This document shows positions 1 through 14,399 of a DNA stretch of 64,000 bases, piece by piece. The notes under the pieces were generated by a model. The model was not told the origin of the DNA. It searched no databases and saw only the letters and a list, made by a program, of their open reading frames with translations. Origin of the DNA: Tubiluchus corallicola (lineage: Eukaryota; Animalia; Priapulida); contig JAQGDQ010000120.1 of the NCBI GenBank assembly GCA_030141605.1, forward strand, positions 248,001-312,000, given 5' to 3'. The first letter of the stretch is position 1. Each line of letters opens with the position of its first letter. The position numbers were made by a program, and so were the translations under genes.

Positions 1-119
1 GAACCAAATCCTTCTACTGTTTATTAACAATCAACGGCACTTTTTCTAACCTGATGACACTTCTCTGTATTGTATTTACTGTTGAAATTCACCGCAACTG
101 ATTCTGATTAGGCTAGTGG

Positions 120-1280
120 GCCTAAATGGGCTAATGTAGCGAAAGTCGAAGTTGGCTTAAAAAGTCAAAACTGGAGTTTGTTTTTGTTGTCGCAGTACTG
201 CACAGTGAATTTGCCCGTTGTAGATGTTGGTGTTTCATATCTTTCTGATTTGAGATTTGCTTATTTGCCATGTATCAATGTATGTGCAGTTTTAGGTAGG
301 ATCTTACTCATGTTGCTAAGGATATATTGAAAAAATGACACATATAGTACTCGATAATATCCAGCTTTTATCAACTGTTTAGTTTTGACAACAACATTTT
401 ACTTTGCTCACCCTGCAGTCTAGTAATCAACTATACAATCCTGCAACCCTAAAGAAAGTAAACTGACTCCCTTTCTCGTCAAACATCTATTGCCACATCA
501 TGCCCCTCTTTTATCGCTATCTTTACCAGATTTGCTCATGCGATCTTCCTTATTGGTACTTAATAACTGATAATGCGACTTTTGTTGTTGCTTTTCATCT
601 AAATCCTACCTTGGAAAAGTCTCCCTTGATGCAGAAAGGAAATTTATAAAACCATTTCTCTTGTATTTTCTGCTCGGGGCTCTTGACTGAGAAAACCCCA
701 TTTTTATCGGAAACTTGTTTCACTGCCAATTATATCACGTATGATTCAAGAAGAGCACTTGCAGATACCACATCACGTAAACGTGCTAGCTTCTGGAATC
801 AGATTCATTTTCTTACATTATAACTGTTGCCGATTGTTACTCGCCAACAGTCATGCTTGGTACAATCTAAACGACTCCGTTTTTCACGTTAAATAAATAT
901 AACGTTTCCTTTCGCGTTAGTAGTTGCTATTTTGTCGTGGATGGCTTTTACGGTTTTTGCCATGCATTGCATTTTACCTCCGTACGCTTCTATTGCTTTT
1001 CTAGTTAGCCTTTACGCCCCGTTAGCGCACTTCCAAGAAATCCTTGCAATTTAATGCTGGTAAGCTGTACTTCTGAACTGAAGACACCAAGCCCTCTATA
1101 GATATATATGCGCGATTCCTATCATTTATATCGTCTTCGAGGACTGCTAAAAGGACTCTGTGGCAACAACACCTTATTATCCGCGGCGGACGGGTATTAA
1201 TCAAGAATGCTAACTGTGAGAAACTCGATAAGTTCTGTCGATTGCGATTTTCCTGCATCCAGCGTCTCGTAATTATCAGC
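120..1280 (-). mobile_element. Possible heavily decayed L1/Tx1-type non-LTR retrotransposon ORF2 remnant
   Basis: Minus-strand fragments read ILSNMSKILPK..LIHGK*..SERY..VQYCDNKNK, loosely like the L1-clade RT segment LANRLKKVLPxLIHxDQ..GRYI..IQYC. Many stops and frameshifts. Weak. Confidence 0.3.
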
Positions 1281-3045
1281 ATATTGATTACTCGTAATCG
1301 CTACATGCTACTAGATTCATTTGCATGGCGTTAATCAAGAGTCTGAGATGGGGATTATTTTTATGAAAATGTCATCACACCACAAGCTGTCAGTGTGTGA
1401 TTTCTGTTGCACTTCTGGGTGGTAAAAAGACTCTCGAGTAATATTTGTACAAAAGTAAGCTTGGCTCTTAAACAGTTTCTTACACATGGCAGCACAGTAC
1501 ATTAGCTGGATTTATTTCTTGCGGGTGCGTTACTGCATCACCGTGTGTGTATGCATTGGTTGTCAACACTCTATGACGTTTCAAAGAAAGCTGTGGTTAT
1601 TTTCAAACTATTTGTTGTAAGTTTTTCCAGTGGTGTTATAACGGTACATTATAATAAAAAATATGATGTATTGATTACACAACATGCGCAGGTATTGTAT
1701 GTGAATGTCTGGTTAGTGGTTACTAAACAAACTGCAGTGATAATAGTGTGTTAAGTCTAGACACGTACGCACTGCAGTAGTGATTCAAAACCGTGTTATG
1801 TGCTGTATTTCGATGACACAATAATGCAAACTGTTTAAGCAGAAATAAGCTAACGTCAGTGTATTAAACAGTACAACAATATTAGTAAAATTACTCCTAG
1901 TTTAGGTTTCCCTTGCTTACAGTTGACCAATTGATTCAAAATGGCATACAAAGCGCGCTTGAAAAAATTTTCTGCGCATATCGCAGATTACTGATTAAAT
2001 AATAGATTGTGTTAAAACACAGTATGAGCAGTTTTAAACTACATAACTGTGCACAATAAACTTACGTTATAATCGCAACAAGCACTTAAATTATAAACAC
2101 CTTGTCGAACGTGTAAAAGTAATCTGCAATCCTGGGTGGGCACCAACCAACAACATATAGCATAACATTTAGAGTTTTGGGAATGTAACACGTGCTGATC
2201 ATCAACTCTCTTCTAGTTATCAGTTTAGTCTATAAATACCGCCTGCAGTGTGCAGACGTTGCTAACTGGCATAATGAACTATAAAAAAATTGAAAAATTT
2301 TACCTAAAGTCAATTAATATGCATATGTTTAGCAAATGAGTATTGACAACTCAGCAATAAACGACGGCTTTTTCAAGGACGTTTCGCTCATCTTTTTTAC
2401 AAAATTTAGCAAACGTCGCCACTAATCAAGATTTACTAGCTAAAGTCAACGCTAATTAATTATTGATGTCCCTCTAGTTACAATAATAAAGCTATCGCTT
2501 TGTGCTATACGAGCAAAAATTATAGGTTCGGTTTATGTTCATTATAACTTTTATTATAGATTTATGTAATCATTAACTTACATTCATTTGACTTTTGCTT
2601 ATTCACGTCCCGGAAATGAACACAGATATAGTGTCAGTGTCGCAATAACTATTTATTATTGCAATATTGGTGAATTAACAAAATTAATTCACGCGCAGGG
2701 AAAATAACACAAAGCACGAAATTGAATTATTAATCATTGAAAGTCAAACCCGAGGTAATGTTTTAGAAACTTTTATAACAATTGTGCTATAATCAAATCA
2801 GTAGATGTTCTGATTAAGTCTCTTAAATCACTCCGAGGAAGCCGAAAATACTAATTTATCTCATTAGGACAAAATGTGTGAAAGGCTCTTAATAGAAAAA
2901 GCGTTGAAAATGCGTCGTAAAAAATTAGCGAAGTCGTAAACGCGTAACAATAAGGAAATTAATAATTTGATATGTTTTTATGGTCTCGTTAATTTTATAT
3001 TGTGAATAAGACGCCGTGAAATTAATTGAAGCTGAACTTTGACGA

Positions 3046-3385
3046 TGACAACAACAACGAAAGCAGCAACATTAGAAACGTTATAAATATGATTATTATC
3101 GAGGACAACAAAAGCAAGAGGAAGAAGTACGAGAATAAGGACGATAAAAAGAAAAAACACGAAAAGAAAACCAGTCAAACAACGTTTGCCAAAGACAAAG
3201 CATTGAAGGAAATGGGCAATGGGCAAGGTCATCATCATCACCGTTATCATCGTCGTCGTCGTCGTTGTCGTCATCATCAGCACCACCAGCAGCAGCAGCC
3301 GCAACAACAACAACAACAACAACAGTAGAAGCATGATAATAATCGTCATCATCATCATCAGCGACAGCGGCAGCAGCAGCAATAA
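3046..3385. repeat. Compound trinucleotide microsatellite (CAT/CGT/CAG/CAA runs)
   Basis: Runs are directly visible: catcatcat, cgtcgtcgt, cagcagcag, caacaacaa. They explain the low-complexity ORFs at 2978-3446. Confidence 0.9.
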
Positions 3386-4210
3386 CGTCTATAACACCAA
3401 TATTAAGTTATCGAAAATTAGTAAAGTTACAAACTTGATTTGGTAGGCAGGTTATGCAGTTATATTGTTGACGTATGCACGGCAAATGGTTCTGTTTTCA
3501 TTAAGCCAGTTAAGAGCAGCTCGATCTGCAAACCTAAACAAGCAAATCTGCGGTTTCCAAACATAAACTGCAGGGCTAGCAGCCGCAGCCAGATGCCTCG
3601 TTTTTCTAACTTCGGATTTTCTAAAGTTGAAACGTTACTTTGTTTAAAGTCAAAAAGAAAGACAAATGACGTCTTTTAGTTACGTATTCCCTTCGTTAAT
3701 TGTTTATTTATTTGTTTACTTATATGCTTATTTCACAAATAAACCTCATTATACATTTCACATCACACGATTTGCAGTTCGAAGACGTTTTGGTCAGTGT
3801 ACACACGAAATATAGTAAGTTTAGATGGTAACCTTAAAAGTAAATATTAGCAGTTACGAAAATAATTAATGTCATTGTACCAGTCTAACTGTTTACAAAT
3901 TTACTACTTATTGAACTTATCTCAACACAAAATCTTGTTTCATAAAATTTTGATATGAATGCATTCAAGGATATTTTCTGAAATTTTCTGCGCATTTTAA
4001 TAGTTATTTTATCGCCATAAGATAATTCTGTGCTAATCATTGTCTGCTCAGTGATTACTACTTAACTGTTAACTTTTTGTCAGACAAACTAACTACAAGA
4101 GTGCATTGGGAATCAGTATGGCAACTTTCGGCATGTAACTCGGTACGAACGAATTAAATATGATGCAGATTACTGATTACTCAAAAAGAAATGGTAGCTT
4201 GAGGTTTACT

Positions 4211-4419
4211 GGGTGTTCAGATTAGAGAGTTTTCTAGCAAAGTAAACTCGCAGTAGCTCGTCAAGTAACTCGCAAGCGTGTTCAGACTTGCAACAACTAA
4301 AGTATGTCAACTTGCAACAACTGCTGAAAAATTTGCAAAAACTTGTCGACAATAACTCGCAAGCCGTTTACACTTGCTAGTTTACTCTCAGAGGGAGAAC
4401 TCGCTAGTTTGGACGCGCC
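4211..4419. mobile_element. Non-autonomous inverted-repeat element (MITE, PIF/Harbinger-like), decayed copy
   Basis: Starts gggtgttcagattag and ends ctagtttggacgcgcc (imperfect inverted termini). Internal aactcgc/ttgcgag motifs are shared with the copies at 8992-9258 and 34295-34404. Confidence 0.6.
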
Positions 4420-6212
4420 GTTATAGTCCATTCTGTTTCATTCTATTGGTAAGATGGTAAGATGTTACTCCAGTTGATTAAACTACATAATGTGTACAAA
4501 ATAAATTTTATCAGAACAACGGTGTTCTCAAATTGGACAAATTCGACATGATATGAGTAACACACTCATTCTAACCGAGTATTTTTATATTGTTTAGCAC
4601 ACAGCAAGCCGGCATTTATCATTCAGGAACAAGATCTGCTTGTCACGGCGATGTTTGCAGCAGGACCAAAATTTAATCACCTATATATTACTCTCAAAAT
4701 AAGGTACCGAAGATGTGTTTTTGCTGGATTCTGTGTATTATATAACCTTCACTCAAAGAGTTAACTCAGTTGAAGTAGTTTTCCGGCGCTCACCCATTTA
4801 TTTACTAAACAGACCCATTTTTGCTCAACTTCGTTCACTAAGCACTCCACTTTGTTGACCACACACCCTAGTCCTACAATGGTAAGGTTTATTGTGCAGT
4901 TTCTTGCAAACTGAAGAAAAAATCTGTTGGGACGGCTTACTCTGCATTCTGCCGACTAAAGGGCCTCACATTGCATTTTAGCCGTGAATTTCAATTTTCC
5001 CTCAGTGGATAGAAATCTTTGCCTTTTATGAAAACTAGAATGCAGGTGGCTTGTACGAGGCAGCTAACTGTTATAAGGTTTTCTTGAAGTTCGCAGCACC
5101 AATATATTCTCGTTTTTTCCAAAGGATTTTCTGCGGCGATTTTAAAAATGTAGAAGCACCGAACGTGCGAAGAATCGCTGAAACCGTCATGACACTACCT
5201 TTTTGTGAAAGATTGTCAGCAAAAGTGAGCTAATATGTCACCTGTGGACGGGCGAAATTACTAATATCCGCGGTCATTTCACTGTAGCGATGAAGCCACG
5301 AAAAACAAATGAAAGCCCGAAGTGAGGAAAATTAGAAGGGAAATGGAGAGGAAATTACGCCTACTTATCAAGCTATTGTTTAGTGAAAAATCTAAGTGCG
5401 ATAAATAAAATAAATGTTCCATGATTTTTGCACTTTATTTAGTAAGTGGATAGGATCGAAGGAATTAAGTTACGTTCACACAGTGAAAATTGCACTTCGA
5501 ATTATTCCGAGTGACAGTCAACACAGTTGCATTCATAACGCGATACTTTAGTTCATTTGAATGATTTTAATAACGCTGGTCGAAATCCAAAATAACATCA
5601 CGACTTTGTATTAACGACAGAACACTTCGAAGCGAAGTGCCACCGGAAATTTATTAGGCCGCTGCCATTTTGATTTAAACTACACGATGCAGTCCACGCA
5701 AAAAAGTTTTTAAAGCAAGCAATCATTGCAAATCGAAAATGAGTCCACGGTTAGGTTTATTAAATTTCTGGGTAACCTATTGAGCTAAATTCAAGCTGGT
5801 TTCTAACCAAGAATCGCTCTGTTTCTAAATTAATTGAAAGCTAATAATATTATGGTTAGAGTTATAATTAATCTGTGTTCTCCCGCAAAGAAGTAAGTTA
5901 TCCTGCGATATTTTGGACCGGCGAGTTGGTGATCCGTATTCTCTTACACCTATGTTAAACCAGATGACATAAGGTTTGTTCAATGGTCAAGACGGGTTGA
6001 GTTTACATCCGTCAATTCACTGAAGCAAGTCCAAGTATAGTTATTGTAGTACATTTGGACTTTTTTATATTTTCTTTCTCCCAGTTACTAATGTTGCTGC
6101 ATGCGTGTTTCCGCTTGGTGAAATACGTGATAAAATTACTATAAAATAGTTATATGTATTATGCGGAAACACCTTACATATGTATTATTCCGAAGACTAA
6201 CCTCTTGCATTA

Positions 6213-6320
6213 TTTGACACTCATGCGTAATTTTAGCACTAAACATTCTTAACTGTGTAACTGCATTTTTTGACGCTCATGTGTAATTTTAGTACTAAAC
6301 ATTCTTAACTGTGTAACTGT
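6213..6320. repeat. Two-copy tandem duplication, unit ~57 bp
   Basis: tttgac(a/g)ctcatg(c/t)gtaattttag(c/t)actaaacattcttaactgtgtaactg occurs twice head to tail. Confidence 0.9.
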
Positions 6321-8780
6321 AACCATGATTTGTTTTGAACATTCACCAGCATACTTTCATGGCTACAGCTGAAATAAACTTATAGATTAAAATTTCTAAC
6401 TTGTCCTCTGCTTTAAAATGACCGTTGACAATGAGGTGACAAGCAACCTCCAAGAAACATGAGCTACACAACGCGCGCTGCAATTTGTTGGGGGTACTTG
6501 AAACCAATACGTGAAAACGCAGCTAAGTGGAATGTTTGCGAGCATTGCCAAATGGTATTCAAACAGTTTTTCAAACCAGAATTTTTAACGTTTTTTATCT
6601 TACATCGGTAGATTTTGGAGTGACAGCAAAGTAGCGCTTCACAATGGGTTTTAGTTATTTAAACGGAAAATATCCGACTTATATTCCACTACTATATCGT
6701 TTCTTTTACAGACTGCTATTGATGTTCCCTGAGCAACGAGAACCTGTTATTGTTCAATAGCAGTTTAAATAGAGTTTGAATAGTTACTATTTGCAACCTT
6801 TCTTCTGTATTCAAAACTTCGAAATAAGGCCTATATCGAAAACACACGAAAGAAAAAACGTGTGAAATGAAGCCTCAGTCGTACGGTTTTGCATTCTGGT
6901 ACTGGTTACAGCATCCTGAAAAATACGCATTATCGTCTGGAATTGACAAGAAATTCGGTTCATATTTTTAACTATTCTTTCTATTTTGATGCATTGTTTC
7001 AACAGTTTTTATTTATAACCATTGAAAAAATTTCTGGCTAATCCTGGATTAGTCCCTTCTTAAAATAGCACGTAGAAAATTACCAATAGTTAACATACAT
7101 TAGTAAACATATTGTAATAGCTGGACGTGGAAACTACAAATTCTAACTTACCCGTAAGTAAATTCCTATAGTTTCATATGACGTTAATTCTGCACTTTTA
7201 TAATAATACAATACACCGATACTTTTTCTTTACCTAACCTTTTTTGACTCTTCTAAGTTGCCTTAGTGATCATCGAGTGCTTTAAGCTGCTGTTAATGGA
7301 TCTGCAATACGAGTAATATCCAATATCCAGAAACCAAACTAACAGAATTTATGTGATCTAATCACGCGAGAATAAGACAAACAAAATCGAAAATGGCTTC
7401 AGATTTTACCTCAGCTTTGCGATAAATTGAAAGAAGATCCTGACACATCATGCTGTGAATTGCATTTGAAGATTTGCGCACGGTTTTCAGTTTTACACAC
7501 GGAAATTAAGCGTGATTAAATTTCATTTGTTGGCAAAAAAGTTTGTTTAACTTGAGAACATTACCGCACTCCCACAAACGAATGCAAAGAACATTTTTTT
7601 ACATGTCAGACAGTTCGATTATCACCTTATGGAAAGCGAATACGCGAATAACGATAACGTTATTTACACGCAGTTATTGCGCGCATCACAAATACACTAC
7701 AGGCGCATCTTTGTTGTGCTGCTCTGTTTTTACTCATTGGCTTCAAGTTGCGCTACTTTCTCTTCCCGAGCTTCCTTCGAGGCTTCTTCACAGCGGCGCC
7801 ACCTGTCGCCTAGTTGACATGTTTATAGAAGTTTCTAGTTAAATAAATGTTGCAACTGCTTATACTGACGACATCTGAACGAAATGTTTTGCGCAGGTGC
7901 AGCAGAGCTTCCTATGATTTACATTGGAAAACGATATGTATATGTCTCTGCAGAGCTGCCAAAAAAGGCTGGAAAAGGTCAGGGAACTTGACCCATCAGC
8001 TATTTTCACCTATTTAAACTATGAACTCGAGATCTATACACTCACTCTGCCGCGGACACGTATCCATCATTAGTTAAGAATCAGAAACTGAGTAACTACT
8101 CACTTGACTCAAACATCAAGACTTGGCTGACTCGATTGACCAACAATAATTATACAGCGATCTAATCCTGGGCCTGGCTGACCTAATTTTTACTGACTCG
8201 GTCTCATATCTATTCAGAACGAGGCTACTAATTTGCAAAATTGTTTAGTAAGGAAATTAACGTTTGATTATAATAAATGACTATATGCTTAATATTTAAC
8301 TACTTTAGTCGGCTCATACAGAATGTTATGCAGTACCTATACATAACAATGATAAAAAGTTGTCCGAGAGAAAATAACAAAAGAATATTACATCAAACAA
8401 GACAACATAATTAACCTAGATCACTTAAGTTCTCTGTTTGATGGACATCCACACGACACAGCACAAAATAATGATCAGAATGACCCTTGACGCCTTTTCT
8501 AGTTCAGAGTGACAGTAATAGTTGAAACTTAAGCTCTCAATACAACTAAAGAAGAGAAAGTTTAAAGCTCTGCCCCAAGAAACTTTAATTTCAGCTGAAC
8601 TATTTCAATAAGTGCCATCAATAATCTACACTTTCACCAGAATCCTAACTTCCGACTATTGAGTGCGTACGTAAGTGTGTAAAAGAGTTCTAGCGATCTT
8701 TGTGGAAATTTATTTCTATTTTGTTATTTGAAATGGTCTAAAGCGCATTGTAAATACTGAGAATTATAGGCTAGCTGTGC

Positions 8781-8872
<92 letters not shown>
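8781..8872. repeat. (AAT)n microsatellite
   Basis: Perfect aat run of about 30 units. Confidence 0.98.
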
Positions 8873-8873
<1 letters not shown>

Positions 8874-8991
8874 GGAAAATTAACAGAAATGGATAAAACC
8901 CGAAAATTGCCAAATAGCTGTACTGAATAATTATTTGAATTTGTAAACATTGATTTTTAAACAAAGAATCACACAGCACAAAAGAGTAACT

Positions 8992-9258
8992 GCGCGCACA
9001 GACGACAGACTACCGAGTTTTCTGTCGTAAGTTTTCTCTCTGACAGCAAACTCGCAAGTGTGAACTGCTTTGCGAGTTTCTGGCGGTAAAGAAATTGCAA
9101 GCTCTTCCCAGTTGCTGCGAGTTGAATTACAGTCTAGTGTGAAAGTCTTGGCGAGTTACTTTCAACACTTTGCGCAACGAATAGACGCGTGAGTGTCAGA
9201 TCGCGCTTACTGCCAGAGAGTAACTCGCAGCAAGCTTTGCTGTCTAGTCTGAACACGC
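8992..9258. mobile_element. MITE of the same family as 4211-4419
   Basis: Ends ctagtctgaacacgc (reverse complement gcgtgttcagactag) and contains aaactcgcaagtgtgaac and ttgcgagtt motifs. Confidence 0.6.
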
Positions 9259-11490
9259 TTCCGCAGGGGATTTACAAATAGGCTGACTAAGCTGTAGCCT
9301 AGTGCACCAAATTTTGAGGATTTTAAAGAATTCTTATTCTTCTCGGAAAATGCGTACTCTTTGATATTCGAACAAAGCGCGAGCTTCATAGCAAACCAAA
9401 AAATTTGTTATTTAGCCGGCTTCTACATAAGCGCCGTATAACAAACTATTCCGTAAAAGATACTACACCACAAGCAGTGGCGCATCCTGTTAAGATTTAG
9501 GTTTTACGCAGATATGTGTAGTTGGTAGGTTGGTACTAGACAATTGTGCAGCTTTTCGTATATAAACAACCATAAACCCGTAATAGAGAACTATCAGGCT
9601 TATGGCCTGGTAATGTCTTGATATGCCCCTAGGCTTGCTTGGCGCGGCGAAAAGCTCACTAATCTGAACACAGCAAGGACAGAGCGCAAAAATTTGCCGA
9701 AATATCTTTTGAAAGAAGAAAAATAATTATTATTATTTACTGATAATACACCTAATACAATAATATTTACTAATATCTCACTCTTTATCAATGTACAAGC
9801 CTCTATAAAGCTTGGATTATTTACTTTTCCTTTGACAGCTAACATGCTAGTAGAGAATGAGTGTTTGTATGTCGTCAGGTAGGATAACTAGTTTTATCAT
9901 ACTTAAAATTCTGTGTTTTGTTCTGAGATGGTACATGAAGCAGGTATCTAAAAATTTGCTAGTTATACTTGACTTACCAATACCGTATGGGATAAAAATG
10001 ACTTACCAAAAATCACTTGACGAGAATGTTTTTAAGTCAATATGTATAACGAACAATATGTTTTTAAGGGATAATTCTGTCTAAAAAGCTCTGTTTGCTA
10101 TAATGAAGGCAGTCTGTTGTAACTTCCTAAGCCGCAACGGTTGTGATGATGAAATGAAAAGTGTAAAGTGACTTTTGGGACACCCACACATAATGCCGAT
10201 GAATCAAAAAGATGTTGCCAGACCCTGAAGCGAATTTTCGCGCTTCCTTGTTTTGCCATTTTGCAGTTCCAATTTTATATGTGTGTTTCCGACATTTTTC
10301 AAACAAAACAAATTGCAAGTACAAGCGACACATTTGTCCTTGAGAACTGTCGCATAACAATTGATTTCATATTTCTGTTGTGCCAAGAACTTGCTGAAAT
10401 AATCATAATGTGATACATTAGCTTTCTAGTAGTAGTTATACAAGACGACTCTGGTTCGATTAGATTTTGTCAACAAAATTTCTACAAAATGAAACATAAC
10501 ATGTCGTGTGGAAGGAATTGAAGTAAAATGATTTTATCAGCAGTTCTTGTTGTTTTCTTCGGGTTATAATTTGGACACTCGAGAAGAAACGTTAACACAT
10601 ATATTGGTCGATTTCTTCACCACAAGTTGTTCTTGCTGCCCCTGCTGTAGTTGCCCTTGAGCAATAAAGTATTATAACTTGAGATACGCAGGAGAATTGT
10701 TCGAGACTAAGATCCCAAATAGTTCACACAAGTACGTGAAAAAAATATTTAGGTAAATCTGATTGGCTCAATTGGCTTGCGATCTAAGCAAGCATGCTCT
10801 CCGTCTGGCATTTACTATTTGTTGGTTAGCATTGTTGAAGATTTCGGGAGTGGTCATAATAATTATAATAAAGATAGATCACACTCCGGGTCTATTGGTA
10901 TACGTAAATCGAGTGGGCGTCGGAATGTGCATAATAGCATACATCCATAATAGACTCTAATGCCGAAAAATTGTAATCCAAACTATCTAAATTTCTTATG
11001 TAGACTGAGCATTAATCAAGACGTTTAAAAAATAAACCATCATTACCAAATATATCAAATGCTCATTACGTATTTATACCCATATACACGGTTCTTAATT
11101 TATCTTCTTCAACCAATGTTTTGATATTGTAAAATATCATCTTGAATTCTTATACTATGGAAACTTTCCTTGGCGTTATTTGCTCATTTTCTGAAATGAC
11201 GTTTGCCACGGAATATCAGCATAATTGCAGGATTTGATCATATGAAGCTAATAAATAAAGCCAATAAAAGTATTCGCTGTGTTACTAACTGCAAATGAAT
11301 ATCATATCGGAGTAAATTTCTTCATTTTCGACAGCATCACGAAACCATCTGCAACATCATTATTAGATTTAGTCACCTATTAGCTTGTTACAACTAAAAA
11401 TATCCTGCAGTTTTCTGAATGATACTCATTAACTTTAATGTAAAAAGCTGCCTCTAATAAGGACAATAAGAGTTTAAATGACAAGAGAAG

Positions 11491-11494
<4 letters not shown>

Positions 11495-11573
<79 letters not shown>

Positions 11574-11635
11574 AGAGGGACAGGAAGAAAGGGACAGAGA
11601 CAGACAGACGAACAGACAGACGAACAGACAGACAG
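11495..11635. repeat. (AG)n microsatellite followed by (GACA)n-like run
   Basis: Directly visible. It produces the spurious ERERER/SLSLSL ORFs. Confidence 0.97.
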
Positions 11636-11810
11636 GCGGTGGATCCATTCTTTATGTTGAATCCCCCAAGCTACTGATTCTTGTTACAAGTTTTGCAACA
11701 ATTGTTAATATTTTATTTAGTTCTTTTCTGTTTTATGTTTAGTCATTAAGCCCTATTGAAGTGCAGTTTCCTAACCAGTCCATTCAGTCCCGCAACGAAT
11801 GTTTATCTTG

Positions 11811-11822
11811 CGCGCGCGTGCG

Positions 11823-11853
<31 letters not shown>
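11811..11853. repeat. (CG)n/(CA)n microsatellite
   Basis: cgcgcgcgtgcgcacacatacacacacaca... Confidence 0.9.
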
Positions 11854-12878
11854 TAAGCAGTCACTTGGCCGATCCATTGGTGCGTCAGTCAATCAATAGA
11901 GAAGAAAAACGATAATAACAAATTAACATAAATGGATAGGGAGATAAGTGGAAGACCTTTTCGAGATGCCACTGGGTTGAAGGTCATATGCGTTAAAGAG
12001 GATTATGTATGTTGGGGATCGTATGCTATAAGATTATTATTATAATACGCCACTTTCGCATCTAGAAAAACCAAAATAAATTATTTTATAGTTTATGAAG
12101 AAGTTAGCCAATTATCATATTATCAGTTGTAGATTTTTGTTGTATTACAGCGTTTAGTAGTGTTACAGGTAAAACTATAAGTTAGGGTTATCGCATTATG
12201 CATTCTAGGATCTTGCATTATGTAATTACTTTTTACCACATTATGGCTTAATTTTACTACAATATCAATTGTAAAAGGGCTTGGCGAAAAAAATAAAAAC
12301 TATAAAATAGACAAGATCGATTAGAAATTAAGGCAGAAACAACTGCAGATTTTGATGAAATCTAGTTCGCCACAAAATAATCATAATTATGGTGTTCCTG
12401 AACTTAATGCGCCATCTTTGAGAGATGTTGTGAATTAAAAGCTATTGAAAGCTAGTGTCCTAAATTCTATTTCAGCCCGCGGAGTGGCGCCTGCATTCTA
12501 TTGTCACTTTTTAACGTTACTTCCACCAAAAAGCAGAGTAATTATTAAAAAAGCTATTTTGCATTAATTATATGCATAGTGTGAAGACTTAATTCAAATA
12601 GTTGGCATATAAGGGATTGGATCGTGCTAAAAATAACATGAAACTTTTGTCAAAATGTAACACGTTACATACTACGTGATATTACGAAAACGTCCAAAAT
12701 TTTTGCTATATTCGTCCGCATTATAATTATATATATTATTTAGTCCAGCTAGGTGCTCCAATTATTTGCGCCGGTGAAATTTGTCTTCTTTTATCAAACA
12801 ATCAATCGTCAAGAATAATAAGAGAATAAAAATATTTATTTCATAAAGTTTTATTTCATAACGTGCACGGCAAACATG

Positions 12879-12911
<33 letters not shown>

Positions 12912-14399
12912 CATATGCACATACAAAAATAAAAACACTATAAATACAAATAAACAACATTGTGAGATGGACAAATAAGCAAGCCATCTAGTCATTCCCC
13001 AAAGGAATTATTGAACAATAATTTATATAACATAAGCACTTCATTACAGAAATTAGACTATCTTGTGCCGTATTTTAGACTAGAAGTAGACACTAATTGT
13101 TTCGACAAATATCATATATCAAATAAGTTACGTTAGGACAACCTTAACAAACATATTGTTGCTGCTTAATTAGTTTGGCATTTACTAATTAAACGAAATA
13201 GTTTTGACACTGTACTTTAGATTCTGACCTAATGCACGCATAAGAACAAGTTGACTTACATTACATAGCAGAGCAGAGGAGATAATGAACTTTTTAATAG
13301 TACATCATATTTATAAACTTTTTTTAAATTGATAATAATGCAACTTTCTATTATTGCTAGACACTTCATTCTACAGCTTTACAGCGTTAAAGGACACGAA
13401 AAGGGGTAACTGAAGTAGGTTTCAGAAAAATCGCATTAAAAAATATATTACTTTACAGTAATTTTATGCAAATCTCATACTCGCTTTAAAAGGAATATTT
13501 TTGTTTTGTTTTCGTTTTAAATCTCCCGCGATACTGTTCCGACAATGCCATTATATGACTTAATATATGCACAACGTAAAGCGGGAGAAGAAAAGGCAAT
13601 GTTAACTCCCAATTATCTCCCGAAAACTTTCCATGCAAATCTATATTAATTAGCATTTCGCTTACCTGCTGGAAAGACTTAAGTAACTAGAAATAATAAT
13701 TCAAAATGTTCGTGCCAATTGGTAAAATGTTGCTGGCTCACCCTCCAGTGTGCGCGCCTCACTGACCAAAAAACGTATTTAATCTTATTGACAAGATACA
13801 GTAATTTAGACTTTTACTTTACATGCTAATAACATGTGTGCTGCGAATGCTTATCTACAAATTTCATGCAATGTTATCTAAACTTGTTTCAAACGACCTA
13901 CCATTAAACGGTCATCGCCGGAGTTTAAATTAAATTTATTAAGTTTTATACATGGTTACTGTCGACCCAGTCCCTGTATGTAAAAAGGCAGTATGTAAGT
14001 GGTATAAAATTTCAAGACAAATTTCTAAAGCTTCATGTAAGTGGAGGGTTTTCTTGTGCTTTAAGTGTTGTAGTTTCTCTAAGCACATTAGCCTCATATT
14101 GTGGTATGTAGTAGTTATAACTTCCATTCCTGTATTGTAGCTATGAATTTTACTGAATGGTTGTAGACACGACTAGAACGCAGCACGGATTAATCCAAGC
14201 TGAAACCGATGCATAAATAACAATATAACTTTTAGTGCTTTTGATACTTGGTAGATGACACAACTGGGATGATTGTACGTATTAATTTAATTTTTTTTAT
14301 TTTGAGGGCTTTGGATGCTTGCAAGACTTGAGTTGTAAGCACCTCACCACGACATTACCCATATATTAGGTTTTAGTGTAAATCAAACTATATAATAGA

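Noticed and set aside
2978-3446. Poly-L, poly-Q, poly-H and poly-I ORFs
   Set aside because: Translations of trinucleotide microsatellites. The same applies to the ORFs at 8764, 11454-11660, 30989 and 35678-35956.
7860-7895. CTGACGA...GAAA as a minimal hammerhead ribozyme core
   Set aside because: Stem II cannot close (C opposite C) and I found no convincing stems I or III. Other CTGANGA sites checked also lacked a matching GAAA.
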